From assembly GCA_012862495.1 (NCBI GenBank), contig BLSG01000208.1, positions 167,439 to 192,659 of the forward strand: a DNA stretch of 25,221 bases, given 5' to 3'. Within the stretch, counting starts at the first letter, position 1, and every line of letters begins with the position of its first letter. This stretch comes from Thraustochytrium aureum. Taxonomy: Eukaryota. Of the stretch, positions 9,743-21,357 are shown one piece after another. The notes below the pieces were generated by a model, which saw nothing but the letters and a program-made list of their open reading frames with translations, did no database searches and was not told where the DNA came from. The position numbers were made by a program, and so were the translations under genes.

Positions 9743-10700
9743 GGACGGCGGCGGAGGCGTTCCACGAGAAGTAGCAACGAAATCAAGCCATTTAGCAGCA
9801 TGCGCCACCACGATGCTCCATCCCAATAAAAAAGAAGAAGTTGCCCGAGCCGAACCTCTGCTCCTTTCGAAGCGCGCGGCTCTGACTGACGGGTGCACGA
9901 GGTGTCCGTTTTCCTGAACTCGAGTAGATGGAGAAAAGCGAACGCGCGGGACACACGCGTGCTGTAGCGTTTACTCAATTGAAACACCTGCGCGGCCAGT
10001 CTGCATTGCAGGTAGGTGTTGCCCACCCCCCACCCGACGTCAGCTTGAGGTTACAACTGCTTCCGCCGTGAACGCAGCAATTTGCCGTGCTAGCAGGCTG
10101 ACGCGTTCGCAACTTCAATGACCGCTCCACGCCGATCCTGAACGGGGGTCGCCCAAGCGGCGGCCTGCATTCCGTCGGCGCATCTATGCCAGCCTACTTC
10201 AAGGCGCGTAGGCACCGCATTCTTGCGGTGTCCCGCGTGGACAGGGAAAGTGCGCCGTGTGAGTTACTCTTCACGGACCTCGTAACGGACACTTTCCAGA
10301 TGGTCGCCTTCCGATGCTGCGCGGGTGCAGACGCGTACGGCAGGCGCACCACTGTCACAGCCAGCCAAACAGACAGGCGCCACGCCCGAAACCGCACGAG
10401 GCGGAGCTGCGGCCATTTTCCTGCTTTCTGCGCGCGGAGTCGCAGGACGCCGTCGGAGCCGAGGTCGCCGTGAGCTTGCCGACCTTGTCACGGCACGAAC
10501 ATCCTTTCATCCAACTGGCCAGCTGCGTGCGGCAACGCGTGGTCTTCGGACGAGCGGTTTCGGCTAGACGCCGTTGACGGCTGCGCACAGTAGCGTCGAA
10601 GAGCGCGGGCTGTCCGTGCGGCGCGACCTTGGGGTTGGCCACTGCAGTCGTCGCGCACATAAATAAATTCAGGTCGGGTGGGCGCCAAGCGCGCGACACG

Positions 10701-12377
10701 ATGGCGCAGCGGCGCAAGTCGCTGGTTGGCAAGGACGGCGTGATGACGACGCAGGTGTGGGCCATGGAGAATGGCAAGGCCTTGCGAGATTTCCCCGAGA
10801 ATATCGGCGGGGCCGTTTCGATGTCTTCCGAGCGGGCGGTTGCGATCTGCTTGTCTGGGGCCGGCGTGGATTCGTGCGCACTGGCGATCGGGTATTTCCG
10901 CGGAATTGCATCGCTAGGGCTCAAGCAGCGCGCCTCATACCTTTCCTGCGTCTCGTCCGGGTCAATTTTCGGTGCGCTGTACACGTTCGCACGGGACTTG
11001 AGCGAGGAGGACATCTTGGGTTATCCACTCAAGCCGGAGGCCCTCAGTCTCGAAGAGCTCGAGCTCAACGACCCAGGCGCGATCGGGGCCAAACTTGTAG
11101 GCGCTAGTTTGGAGACGTGCGAATCGGCGCAGGACCTGGAGGCAGCAATCGACGAGCAGTTCCTCGCTCCACTTGGCCTCGGAGGCGAGACGCTGTTTGC
11201 GCTGAGCGAAGGGGAGATTCTTGAGAGCAACCCGAAGCTCGGCAGCCGGTTCAAGTGCGCGACTGCTGCCGAGGGGCGGCCATTTCTGATCCTCGGCTGC
11301 ACGATCGAGACACGGCACCGCGATGCGGGTACCGCGGACGGGATTCTGCGAGCAAACCTGCAAATTACCCCAATGTACACCGGAGTGCCATACTATGGGT
11401 TTATGTTTGGGAACGGGTGGGTCCCTAGCTCGCGCTGCGTACCGTCATGCTGGAGCGCGCAAGTGAGCTCAGATCAGGCGTACGTCGGCGGTGGCGTCAT
11501 CTCCTCTTTTGCGTTTGGGAGCCAGGCACCCACATTGGCCTCTGACCAGGGCGGCGCACAGCTCGCCAACGTGCCAGAAGCGGTAGACCTACTAACGCTA
11601 CGACGCGCGCTGACGATGTGCGTGACGCGCAAAGGAAAGGTCAATTCGCTGTACTGGCCGATCTGGTCGGCGCGCGAGCCGCGGTTCCGCGAGCCGCAAC
11701 GCGCGCGAGAGTTTGCGTTCAGTGATGGCTGTCTGGTAGATAGCACGGGCATCCTCCCAGTGCTGCAGCGCGGGATTTGCCGCGTTATTGCTTTTGTCAA
11801 CTCTTCGACGCGCATCGACCCGGCGTCCGCATCGAACGCAGTTGCACGAGCGCGCCGGCGGTCGCTCACCGAGGTTGATGTGGCCGACCCTGGTGTCCTT
11901 GCTTTGTTTGGGTTTGCCGCGGTGGGGGAGGACCCTGCAAAAGCGGCGCGCAACCAGGTCTTTGCGAGCAGTGATTTGGATCCTCTGCTTTCGGACCTCG
12001 CGCACAATGTCCAGGTTGGCCGCGGTGGTGTTGCGCTGGCAGAGCTCAAGGTCCAGCGCAACGTGGCATGGTCGATTCCTGGAGGCAACTCGGTGACGTT
12101 GTTGATGATTCACAGCAGTCGGGCGCCATGGTTTGAGAGCCGGCTCCCAGAAGAGACGAAACGAGCGGTGCGGAACGGCGATGCTCCGTTCCAAGGCTAC
12201 CCGTATTCGCCAGCAAGCAGCGCGGGCAATCCCGGCGGGGCAGCGCTCTCGCGATCTACGGTCAACCTCCTCGCGGCGCAAGGCCAGTGCCTGGTCGACG
12301 GCAATAGGACCTTGTTCGAGCAAATGTTTTCCCTCCAGGGCAGCCCACCGCGAGGATCGCACGTTGTGGGAACCTGA
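10701..12377 (+). CDS. Patatin/cPLA2-lysophospholipase-like protein, 558 aa, with degenerate catalytic motifs
   Basis: Uninterrupted ORF. AICLSGAGVDS...GYFRGIASLGL...SYLSCVSSGS follows the SGGGxR...YxSxVSGGS pattern, and FSDGCLVDSTGILPVLQRG follows the DGG/catalytic Asp region. Confidence 0.75.
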   Translation: MAQRRKSLVGKDGVMTTQVWAMENGKALRDFPENIGGAVSMSSERAVAICLSGAGVDSCALAIGYFRGIASLGLKQRASYLSCVSSGSIFGALYTFARDLSEEDILGYPLKPEALSLEELELNDPGAIGAKLVGASLETCESAQDLEAAIDEQFLAPLGLGGETLFALSEGEILESNPKLGSRFKCATAAEGRPFLILGCTIETRHRDAGTADGILRANLQITPMYTGVPYYGFMFGNGWVPSSRCVPSCWSAQVSSDQAYVGGGVISSFAFGSQAPTLASDQGGAQLANVPEAVDLLTLRRALTMCVTRKGKVNSLYWPIWSAREPRFREPQRAREFAFSDGCLVDSTGILPVLQRGICRVIAFVNSSTRIDPASASNAVARARRRSLTEVDVADPGVLALFGFAAVGEDPAKAARNQVFASSDLDPLLSDLAHNVQVGRGGVALAELKVQRNVAWSIPGGNSVTLLMIHSSRAPWFESRLPEETKRAVRNGDAPFQGYPYSPASSAGNPGGAALSRSTVNLLAAQGQCLVDGNRTLFEQMFSLQGSPPRGSHVVGT

Positions 12378-12561
12378 CGGCCCGCCAGCACGGCTCCTGA
12401 GCACCCTATCGTTTACAAGTAGAGTATAAGTACTCTACTTGCATACAAACCCGTCAGGCTTGCCTGTTCACCACAACCCGAGAGGAGTCCGCACAAGCCA
12501 AGCCGAGCCCTGAGCTTGCCGCGCCTTATCGACCGCCAAACCAACCGACCAGCCAAGGCGT

Positions 12562-12581
12562 AGGCAGGCAGGCAGGCAGGC
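12562..12581. repeat. (AGGC)5 microsatellite
   Basis: Read directly from the sequence. Confidence 0.95.
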
Positions 12582-13049
12582 TGATGGATCGATCGACTTG
12601 CTGGATAGATTTCATTGATTGAAACATTGACATTGGTGGATGGATTGGCTGTCCCGCGCAGTTCGCGCCTGTGCCACCACCAACCGCAACAGCCCCTGCC
12701 CGTAGACCCTAGTACAGTAGAGCTCGAGCTGAAGAACAAGAACTCTACTCCGTAGTCTACTTGGCACGGCACTGCTCGAGTGCTCGAGTGCCTTTTCAAT
12801 CAATCGAGGGTGTCCTCGAACTCGAGCTCAACTCGCAAGTCTGGACTCCAGTGGAGTCGTCCATGTCGCAAGCGACTCTGCAGAGCCCAAACGCGGCGCG
12901 GCGGCCGTGAAAAGGGCGAGCGGGGCGAGCGTGCCTGCACTGCGCGAGCGAGCGTGGCTGTCTCCAGAGGGTGCACCGGTGCGTAGTGCGCTGGAGGCCT
13001 CTGCCAGGGCTGCGTTGAGGAAGCCCCACGCAGAGGCAGGCGCCAGACG

Positions 13050-14769
13050 ATGGAGGTCGACTCGCGCGACGTCGTCCGCCTCGTGCTGCAGTTCCTGCAG
13101 GAGAGCGGGCTGCCGAGCGCCGCCAAGGAGCTGGAACGCGAGTCGATGGTGCGGTTCAATGTGGTTGGCGACCCTGCGAAGGTGGCTGAGTTGGTCCGCG
13201 AAGGGGACTGGGTCGCGCTGTTCGAGGCGCTCGGGCGGTGCGCGCTACCCGATGAGGCTGCGTGGCGGGTGTTTGAGCTCATGGCAGGGGACCTCGTGGC
13301 AAGGGGCGAGATCGACTCGGCTCGAGTTTTGCTGGTGGAGAGCCAGGAGCTGCAGGAGCTCAAGGCCCGCGACGGAGCTCGGTTCGACGCCCTCACCAAC
13401 ATGGTGCACCATGATTTTTCCTCNNNNNNNNNNNNNNNNNNNNNNNNNNNNNNNNNNNNNNNNNNNNNNNNNNNNNNNNNNNNNNNNNNNNNNNNNNNNN
13501 NNNNNNNNNNNNNNNNNNNNNNNNNNNNNNNNNNNNNNNNNNNNNNNNGCCCTGGTGGCAGAGCCGGCAGAACGGCGCACGGCACGGCGCGAGGAGCTTG
13601 CTCGCGACGTCCAGGAGCTGCTCTGCCAGACGGGGCCCTCTCGGCTCTTGGAACTCTTGGGCCAGGCGCTGAAGTGGCAGGCAAAGGTCGGCGCCGACGC
13701 GCCTAGTCTGCTTGGCGCCAACCCGAAAGCTAGCCACGCGGGCGGCGCAAGATCGATCGGCCGTGAAGAGCGGCCCGGGAAGCGGGCACGGACTGGGATT
13801 AAGGCGGGAGAGGCCCCGTGCGACACCGCGACTGCAAAAGTAGTGTTGGGGCCATCGGCCGTTGCGCAGTGCGTGGCTTTTGCGCACGATGGGGCCTCGC
13901 TCGCCACAGGCACGATTGAGGGCTTTGTGGAAATTTGGGATGCCAGTACCGGCAAGCTTCGCCAAGACCTGGCCTACCAGAGCACCGACGAGATTATGAT
14001 GCACAGGAAAGGGGTTCTCGCAGTGTGCTTCTCCAAGGACGACAAGGCGCTGGTCAGCGCGAGCGAGGACGGCTCTGTGAAGGTTTGGTCGGTGCGCAGT
14101 GGGCGGGCCAAGACCAAAATCAAGCGCGCCCATCTCGGGAAGGCCGTGCTCTGCGTCGTTTTGAGCAGCGCGGGCGACAAGGTTTTGAGCGGCGGCGCGG
14201 ACTGCGCAGCTCGCATTTTTGGAGCGACTTCCGGCTCGATGCTCGTAGAGTGCGCCGGGCACGGCGACCAAGTCAACGCGGTCTCCTTCGCAGGGGAGGA
14301 CGAGGCCTTCGTCGCCACGGCCAGCTCGGACCACTCGGTGCGGATTTGGGATGCGCGCTCTGGGCAGCAAATCGCGGCCGCGCGACTCGACGCCCCCGTA
14401 GCGAATTTGCTGAGGGTTGCGCATGGCGGCTCGTGGACCCTGGTTGCGCTGGCGCGGGCACGTGGTCTATGGGCGATCAGCGAGCGTGCCGGCGGCGAGC
14501 TCGGCGAGCCAGCTCCTGGATTTCCGGCGAGTCTTGTCCCGAGCGGGTCGAGCCCTTGGCTGGCTTGTGCTTCGCGAACCGGAGAGCTTGTGTACGTGGC
14601 CACAGATTCTGGCCAAGTCGTTTGCGCGGCCCCAGGGTCTTCGCGCGCCGCGTGCGCGCCGTTTGAGGCAGGTGACGAGATTGTTGCGCTGGTACATCAC
14701 CCGGTCTTAGACATGGTCGCTGTCTCGACGCGCGCCGGTGTCGTGCGGCTTTTGCGGCCGCGCAACTGA
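13050..14769 (+). CDS. SMU1: WD40 repeat spliceosomal protein SMU1 (LisH/CTLH + WD40); spans gap 13424-13548
   Basis: MEVDSRDVVRLVLQFLQE (LisH), PSRLLELLGQALKWQ, and GFVEIWDASTGKLRQDLAYQSTDEIMMH...FSKD...DGSVKVW match SMU1 signature segments. The frame changes across the gap, indicating a wrong gap length. Confidence 0.92.
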
Positions 14770-17700
14770 TCAGAATTCAGATTGGGGCGCAGAAAGAGTC
14801 TGCAGCCTGATGGCTGCGAGCAGGGGCTTGCTCGGTTCGCGCCGTGCGACTGTTCGACAGTCCGAAGTCTCGCGATCGGCCCACCCACTCCGCAAAAATG
14901 GAAACGCGCTGGGCCTACGCCCGGCCTTGGCTGCCACGGAGGATGCTCCTTGATGTTGATGTGTCGCGCGTTGAAGCAAATCCGCTACAAAACTAACGCT
15001 TGCCGACGCGGCGAGTCATGAATTCTTACTTGGTCGAGGTGCGGAGGCTTGCTCGAGGCGGGGGCTGGCCCGCACCTGTGTGAAGTACTCTGTGCGGACT
15101 CATTGTACGCGTGTTGATTGAGCAGAACTGAATCCGAGGCTGAATTTGGGACCCGCCCCCACCAAGCCTTGCTCGTCTTGGCACTCATCAGGGTGGTCTG
15201 TGCCCATCCGCGCGCCAAGTGATTTGGGACGACAAGCAACTTGAGAGCGAGTCGCAGAATCGAGACATTGATTCTTGCGCGAATCTTTCTCTTGGCTTCC
15301 ACAGAGCGCGCAAACAATCTTCCTGGCGCGATGAGTTGGATCGCGCTGAAGCGTTGTACCCACCGAGCTGGATTTGGCAGGCTGCGCTCCGTTGGCGCTC
15401 GTGTGGATTCATTGCAGATACAAGTTGGGCTGACCGCGGCGTCCTGGATCCGTCCCTTCCTGCCGGACGAGAAAGGGCTAGAACTGACGGGCAACGTGCC
15501 CGTAGCCCGGGCGTGACAAGGGCCACCCTCCCAGTAGATGCGTTCGCAGCAATGCGCAGTCAAGGCAACGTTGAAAGTGGGGGTTGGTCGGGCTCCCACT
15601 CGAGTTTCGCTCAGAGCACTCCGAGTCGGCCTTTTCAAGTTGACCCTTGGCAGGTTGGCACAAAAAGAAAGCTGTAAGGCAACAGCTCAGCTCGGGCAGG
15701 GGCTGCTGATGGGTGCTGCTGGACAACTGTCGCCGTACCTCGGCAACGCGCTCTCGACCCAAACTGCAGCAAGGCCGTTTCGCTTTCAAGATGTCACCAC
15801 GCATCACCTCGCGCAACCGACACCTCGGCCATCGCCAGCACTGCGCGAAGGCAGCAAGAAAGCTCCTCGGAGTGGGACTGACTGCACCTCGCACTTGACA
15901 GCGGGCGGCGACTCTGCCTTTGCGACCCCGGACCGAATCAACCGCGGCGCAAACAGACAAGCAGCGCACGCTCACATCAGCCTGCATTGGGAGGCGATCC
16001 CGTTCCCTTACTGTTACTCACGGCTTTGCGGGACGCTGGTCGACGCGTGCCGCCCGCAAGAGGCCAGCTCGTCGGCTCCGAATCGGCTGACTCGGGAACT
16101 GCCTTTCGGTTCGGGTCGAGTTGAACGGCCCCGGGCCTGGCCATGAGGGCGCGGCGCATGGGAGAACGCACGGAGTACCTAATCCGTCCACCTCTCGACG
16201 CACTCTCCGAGAGTCGCGGCGCGCCAATCCGTGCCAATCGAAAGCGAAGAAGCACCTCGTCGGCAAGTCGAAACGCAACCTGCGACTCGCAGAATCGTCA
16301 TGTCGGCACCTGAACTCGCTGGCCCTTCTTCCCACCCGCCCTCCGGGCCCCTGCACACTGCGTTGTCAAGGCCTCGGCCGAGTTTTCACTTCCAAAGGGC
16401 ACGGCCGTTGGGCACGCGGTTGCATGGGCTCCAACCTGAAGGCCGGAGCCCCCTTGGATGCCCCCGCTCGCTCGCACATGTAGCAAGCAACCACGACCGC
16501 CAACGCGGAGGCGGCATTCAAGTTGCGGTTTGCAACCAACTTGAAGGGATAATCCATCCGACTTGCGCCGATTCCTCTCGCCGCCTCTGCACACAAGGCG
16601 GAGCGTTTTCGAACGTGACTGTGCTGCCTTGCACTGCAGCGTCATCGCGCGTCGATCCTCAATGCAGCACCACGCGCTCTGAACAGGCACGTGAGCGAAA
16701 CAGACCACTGGCAGTGGAGTGGAGAAGAGTAGAAGAGTAATTAGGTAGAGGGTACTTGCCTCGTCTACTACAATCCACACCATCTTACCCATCCACGATC
16801 CAATGGCATTCACATCCGACAGACAGGTCCAACTCCAACAGCCGACAACACTTTGCATCTGCTGGGGTCCTCCCACAACGTGCAACTGATGACACGCCTA
16901 CACCCTGCCATGGCCGGCAGTTCTAGGGCGATTCTCGGAGCTTCGACAAGGCGGGCAACGGTGCCCAGCTCGGCCGCGGCCCATCATGTACGCTCCAGTT
17001 CGTCGACCACGCGCTGCCTCCCCGTACCGGCGCGCAGAGCTAACGTGCGTTGGTTGACACGGGTTGACACATGCGTTGACATGCCGCCTTTCAAGATGCC
17101 TCGGCAAGCGCACCGCGACTCGCATGGCGCACGCGTTCGCTCGCCTCTCGCAGAGCCACTCGGCGTATGCATGTTCGCAGGCGACTGCGTCCAGGAGGCC
17201 GGTAGGGCATCTGTGCGACGACCTTTGGTTGTTTTGCCCGATTCGCTCGCGAGCGCACCACAGTGTGGCTGCTCCGCGNNNNNNNNNNNNNNNNNNNNNN
17301 NNNNNNNNNNNNNNNNNNNNNNNNNNNNNNNNNNNNNNNNNNNNNNNNNNNNNNNNNNNNNNNNNNNNNNNNNNNNNNNNNNNNNNNNNNNNNNNNNNNN
17401 NNNNNNNNNNNNNNNNNNNNNNNNNNNNNNNNNNNNNNNNNNNNNNNNNNNNNNNNNNNNNNNNNAGGTCCATCGAGCATCTCGGGCCCGAGCGCTGCGG
17501 CGTGCTCGTGGTGCGCGACGACAGGAGAAAGAAGAAGCTGGGCGCCTGGCTGCCTCGTTCGGGCCAAAGCATCTTGTGCGACAAGTTGGTCAAGGGCCGC
17601 GGTGCGCGCTCAAGAGACGAGCAGAGCGGTAGACTTGATCTGCCGGCGCGTCAGAGGAGGCAGCGAGGCGCGTCGACGGTGCGTGCAGGAGGAGGAGGAA

Positions 17701-18314
17701 GACGCGGGAAAAGACCCGTTGAACGCGGGCGGGAGGAAACCCCTTTCCCGACGTTTCTTGCTCACTTTCTCGCCCTTGTGGCCTGCTTCGATCCATTCCA
17801 ATCCGGAGCCAACGAACGAACGGACGCCCTTGCCTTGCTTGCTCGTTGCGGCCGTGACGCGGCTGGTCGAGGTCCGTCCGAACCGAGCGTCGAGGCTCTC
17901 GCCCTTGGCCTGCCAGCGCAACGTGCCTACCTGCCCGCCTGCCACTGTACTACCTACTGCGCTTCGTTTGTTTCCGTTCCGAGCAACCCCGCGGCAACGG
18001 AGGGTGGGCGACGCGAAAGTGGACGAGTATTCGTTGCGCTCGGCCGCTGCAAGTGGTGGTGTCCACTTGAACGAGCTAGCTCGCCTGTCTCTCCCGCTGC
18101 TCGTTCGTTCGTCGCTGGCCGGTTTGGAGAGAGCGTCACGCGGGTCGTGAGAGCGCGCCCGAGTCCAATCCCCGCTGGATCAGCCCAGCCAGCGCGTGGA
18201 TGACGACGGCGGCGGCCAATCCGCCAACTGTCTAGCCGCTGGACGCCGCCGCGGGTCCTCAGGGCCTTCGTCGCTCTTCCGGCGGCCCAGGCAGTCGTCG
18301 TCCACTTGCCAGGC

Positions 18315-18360
18315 ATCCATCCGTCCGTCCGTCCGTCCGTCCGCCTGCCTGCCCGCCTGC
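18315..18360. repeat. Compound tetranucleotide repeat (ATCC/GTCC)n-(GCCT)n
   Basis: Read directly from the sequence. Confidence 0.9.
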
Positions 18361-19253
18361 TCGTCCGTCTGCCTCTCGCCGAGGGGCTGGACGGTTGAGG
18401 GGAGGCAGGCAGGCAAGCAAGCCTCTGTTCTGAGGGCAAGCGAAGCGTTTCACGCGGAACGGACCGCTGCGCGCGACGGTGGGTGACATCGGCAGCTCCG
18501 CGCCGCGACATAGCAATATCGACGCTTCCCCCCCCTCTCTTCCTGCCTTGCTGGCGAGCGAGCGCTGCCGACGCGTCCCATTCGTTCGGTTGCCGCGCCG
18601 CTCGTGCGTGCGAGTGGCGCGATCGAGCTCGCGCAGTCGGCTGGCCGGCCGCCTTTGCGGGAGTGCGGTGAGAGAAGAATCTGCCCAACGCCTGGGGCCT
18701 TCAAGAGACGCGATGTGCCACACGAACTGCTCGGTCTACTCGGTTTGCTTTTCTTCGAGTGCGCTCGCGGAAACGCAGCGAGCAAGGCGTCGGGATGCAG
18801 AGCAAGCAGGCCGGCGTGGCGACATTGCTGCCGTGCGCAGAACGGGTAGGTTGCTAGGTTGCGAGATGGATTTGTTTTGTTTGTCCAGCACCTGCCTGCC
18901 ACCCTAGCGCGTCCGAGGCGTTGAAGGGCGTCGTCTCTGACGGGAGAGCGAGACTGCCGAAGCCCCCCTCTGCCAGTGGAGAGAATCTGCTCTCTCGTCG
19001 ATCGACGAGCTTGCTCGCTTGCTCGCTTGCTTGCATTCTCGGAGAGGAGCAAGCCGTTTTGTGAGAGGCGACAGCCGCCCGGAAGCTACCGCATGTGCCT
19101 GTACCAGCTGGTCGTGCATGCCCAGCAGTCCCTCAACGCTGCGACCGCCGTAGGTAGATCAAACGCGCATTTTGAGACCGTCGCCAAACCAAGCAGGGCG
19201 AAAGAAAAAGTAGTCCAAGGAGCGCCGCCGCCTAGGCAGCGGGTGTGGCCGCT

Positions 19254-20728
19254 ATGCAGGGCCACGAACAACACCAAGACCGTGTCCTTTCGACACACGC
19301 TCTGCTCGCCCAAGCGCTTTCAGCAGCAAGCATGCCGCGCCGCACGCTAGCGATCGCGCGCGAGGGTTCCAGCTCGGACTGCGAGTCAAGCCGCACCGAC
19401 NNNNNNNNNNNNNNNNNNNNNNNNNNNNNNNNNNNNNNNNNNNNNNNNNNNNNNNNNNNNNNNNNNNNNNNNNNNNNNNNNNNNNNNNNNNNNNNNNNNN
19501 NNNNNNNNNNNNNNNNNNNNNNNNNNNNNNNNNNNNNNNNNNNNNNNNNNNGTCGGTGTGCTCGATTGACGGCGACCAGAGGCTGCACGTGTTCAACCGT
19601 GCGGGCTTCGCCAAGAAACGCTCGCTGAGCACCGACAGCACCATGAGCATTGAGAGCGCCTACGCGCTCGCCCTGAAACAGCAGCACCAAATGCAGCAGC
19701 AACCCGGGTTTGAGCCTGCCGCCAAGCGGCTCAGACCTGTCGACAATCTGGGCCGGACACTCGCGCGGTCAAGTGCTCCCTCGCTTGCGGTGGGCAAGTG
19801 CCCGCCGCGGGACATGAAGCGCCTCAAGGTCGGCAAGGCCTACGAAGTAACGCGGGTTGCAAAGTGGGGCGAGAAGCTTGCCTTCTTCCTGCACGACCCC
19901 GAGACAGGCGCCGACGCCGGCTTCTTTAAACCGCCCGCTCAGGACCGCCGCCGTATCTTCCACAAAGGCGACCGCATCACACTTGACGCCATCGGATACT
20001 CGGCGTCCCGCAACCGCATTGCCCTCTCCATTTCAGTCGACACCTCAAGGGCGCCCTGCGCCGAAAAATGCGAGGGCAAGCTTGGCCCAGAAGGCGGCTG
20101 CTGCACACGCGCCGTGCTGGCACCACTCCTCGAGCAGCTTCGCGGCTCTGAAATGGAAGCTGCGGCGCATTCTGGGGGTTCTCAGATTTCAGAGGTAGCC
20201 GAGCTTCTTCTGCGGATGGACGCCCAGCAAGGGATGGCGCAGCGTGGCGAGGGCATTCTCGAGGCCGCGACGAGAGCCACGCAGGCGCGCGCAAGTCCTC
20301 CGCGCATTGCGTCCTCGACACCAACGCCCACGCCCTCGTCGACCCCGACGCTGGCGCAGCAGATCCGATACGAGGGGCTCAGTGGCCAGATCGAGCACCT
20401 CCAGTCCGCGCTTCAGTACGAGGCGCTCAAACAACTCATCGCGTCCAAGGCTCTTATCAACTCGGGCGGGATGGCAGGTGGGCAGCATCAGCCGCGCGCG
20501 CAGCTCCCTCCACAATTTAGCGCTCTCCCGCAGCCGAGGGCCATGAACGGTATGCTGTTTTCTGCCCCCCAGCAGCCGCCACATCAGCAGGAGCACCAAG
20601 CGCTATTTACTATCCAGGTGCCGAGCCTCTCGGCTCTTTCTCAGGCGTATTTGATGTCGCGTGCTGCAGCTGGCCAGCCGCAAATGCAGCAACAGCAGCA
20701 CCACTCTTCGAGGGGCCACTTGGCTTGA
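19254..20728 (+). CDS. Hypothetical Q-rich protein, probably nuclear, ~440 aa or more; spans gap 19401-19551
   Basis: A 390-codon open frame after the gap has coding-like codon use, an NLS-like PAAKRLRP, a compact beta-rich region and a Q/P-rich C-terminus. The pre-gap frame MQGHEQHQ...SSSDCESSRTD plausibly continues into SVCSIDG. The start is uncertain. Confidence 0.72.
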
Positions 20729-21357
20729 GTTTGCGAGACGGAGCGCGCCACCTGTTTCCCCTGTTTCGCTTGGCTGCGTGTGAGTCAGCTGCCCTGTGAT
20801 TGATTCTCGCTCCAGTCTGTGATTGATTCTGCTCGCGCCAGAGCGAGGTTTTTTTTGAGGTGCTCGTCGAGCTGCGGATCGAGCTGGACGACCCGACAAT
20901 GGTAGAAATCATTTTTTTTGTAGCATTATCCTCGTCGTTGGCAAGTCGCACCATGAACGGAAGGCACGTCCCCGCCAGCCTTGGACACGCGATTTTTGGA
21001 TGTGCCTGCTGTTGCTTGCGCGTACACGATCAGTTCAGATGACGCGGTTGGCGGCGGATCTTGAAACCGCGCGAGCGAGTGCAGTACACTGTAGAGTACC
21101 TCTAGCTAGACCACTTCGAAGCTCGAACAGTCGACTTTGTCGACTCGGACGTCAGCGACTCGTTGTCCTCTTTTCTTTCGAAGCAACGCGCTTACGTAAA
21201 CAGTATCGTCAGTCTGCGCCGAACTGCTCGTCCGCCTGACGCTGCAGGCACTGGCATCAAGCGCGCCAACAACTACCAGCCCTAGGAGAGCCAAGAGCAG
21301 GCCAAACGGCCCACTTGCTGCGGAAAGTAGGTAGGGTATCGATTGCGGGGTGGATGT

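Noticed and set aside
14985..18723. Multiple 100-380 aa ORFs in the gene-free region
   Set aside because: They have low-information R/A/S/P-rich translations, no domain motifs and no transposase or reverse-transcriptase signatures.
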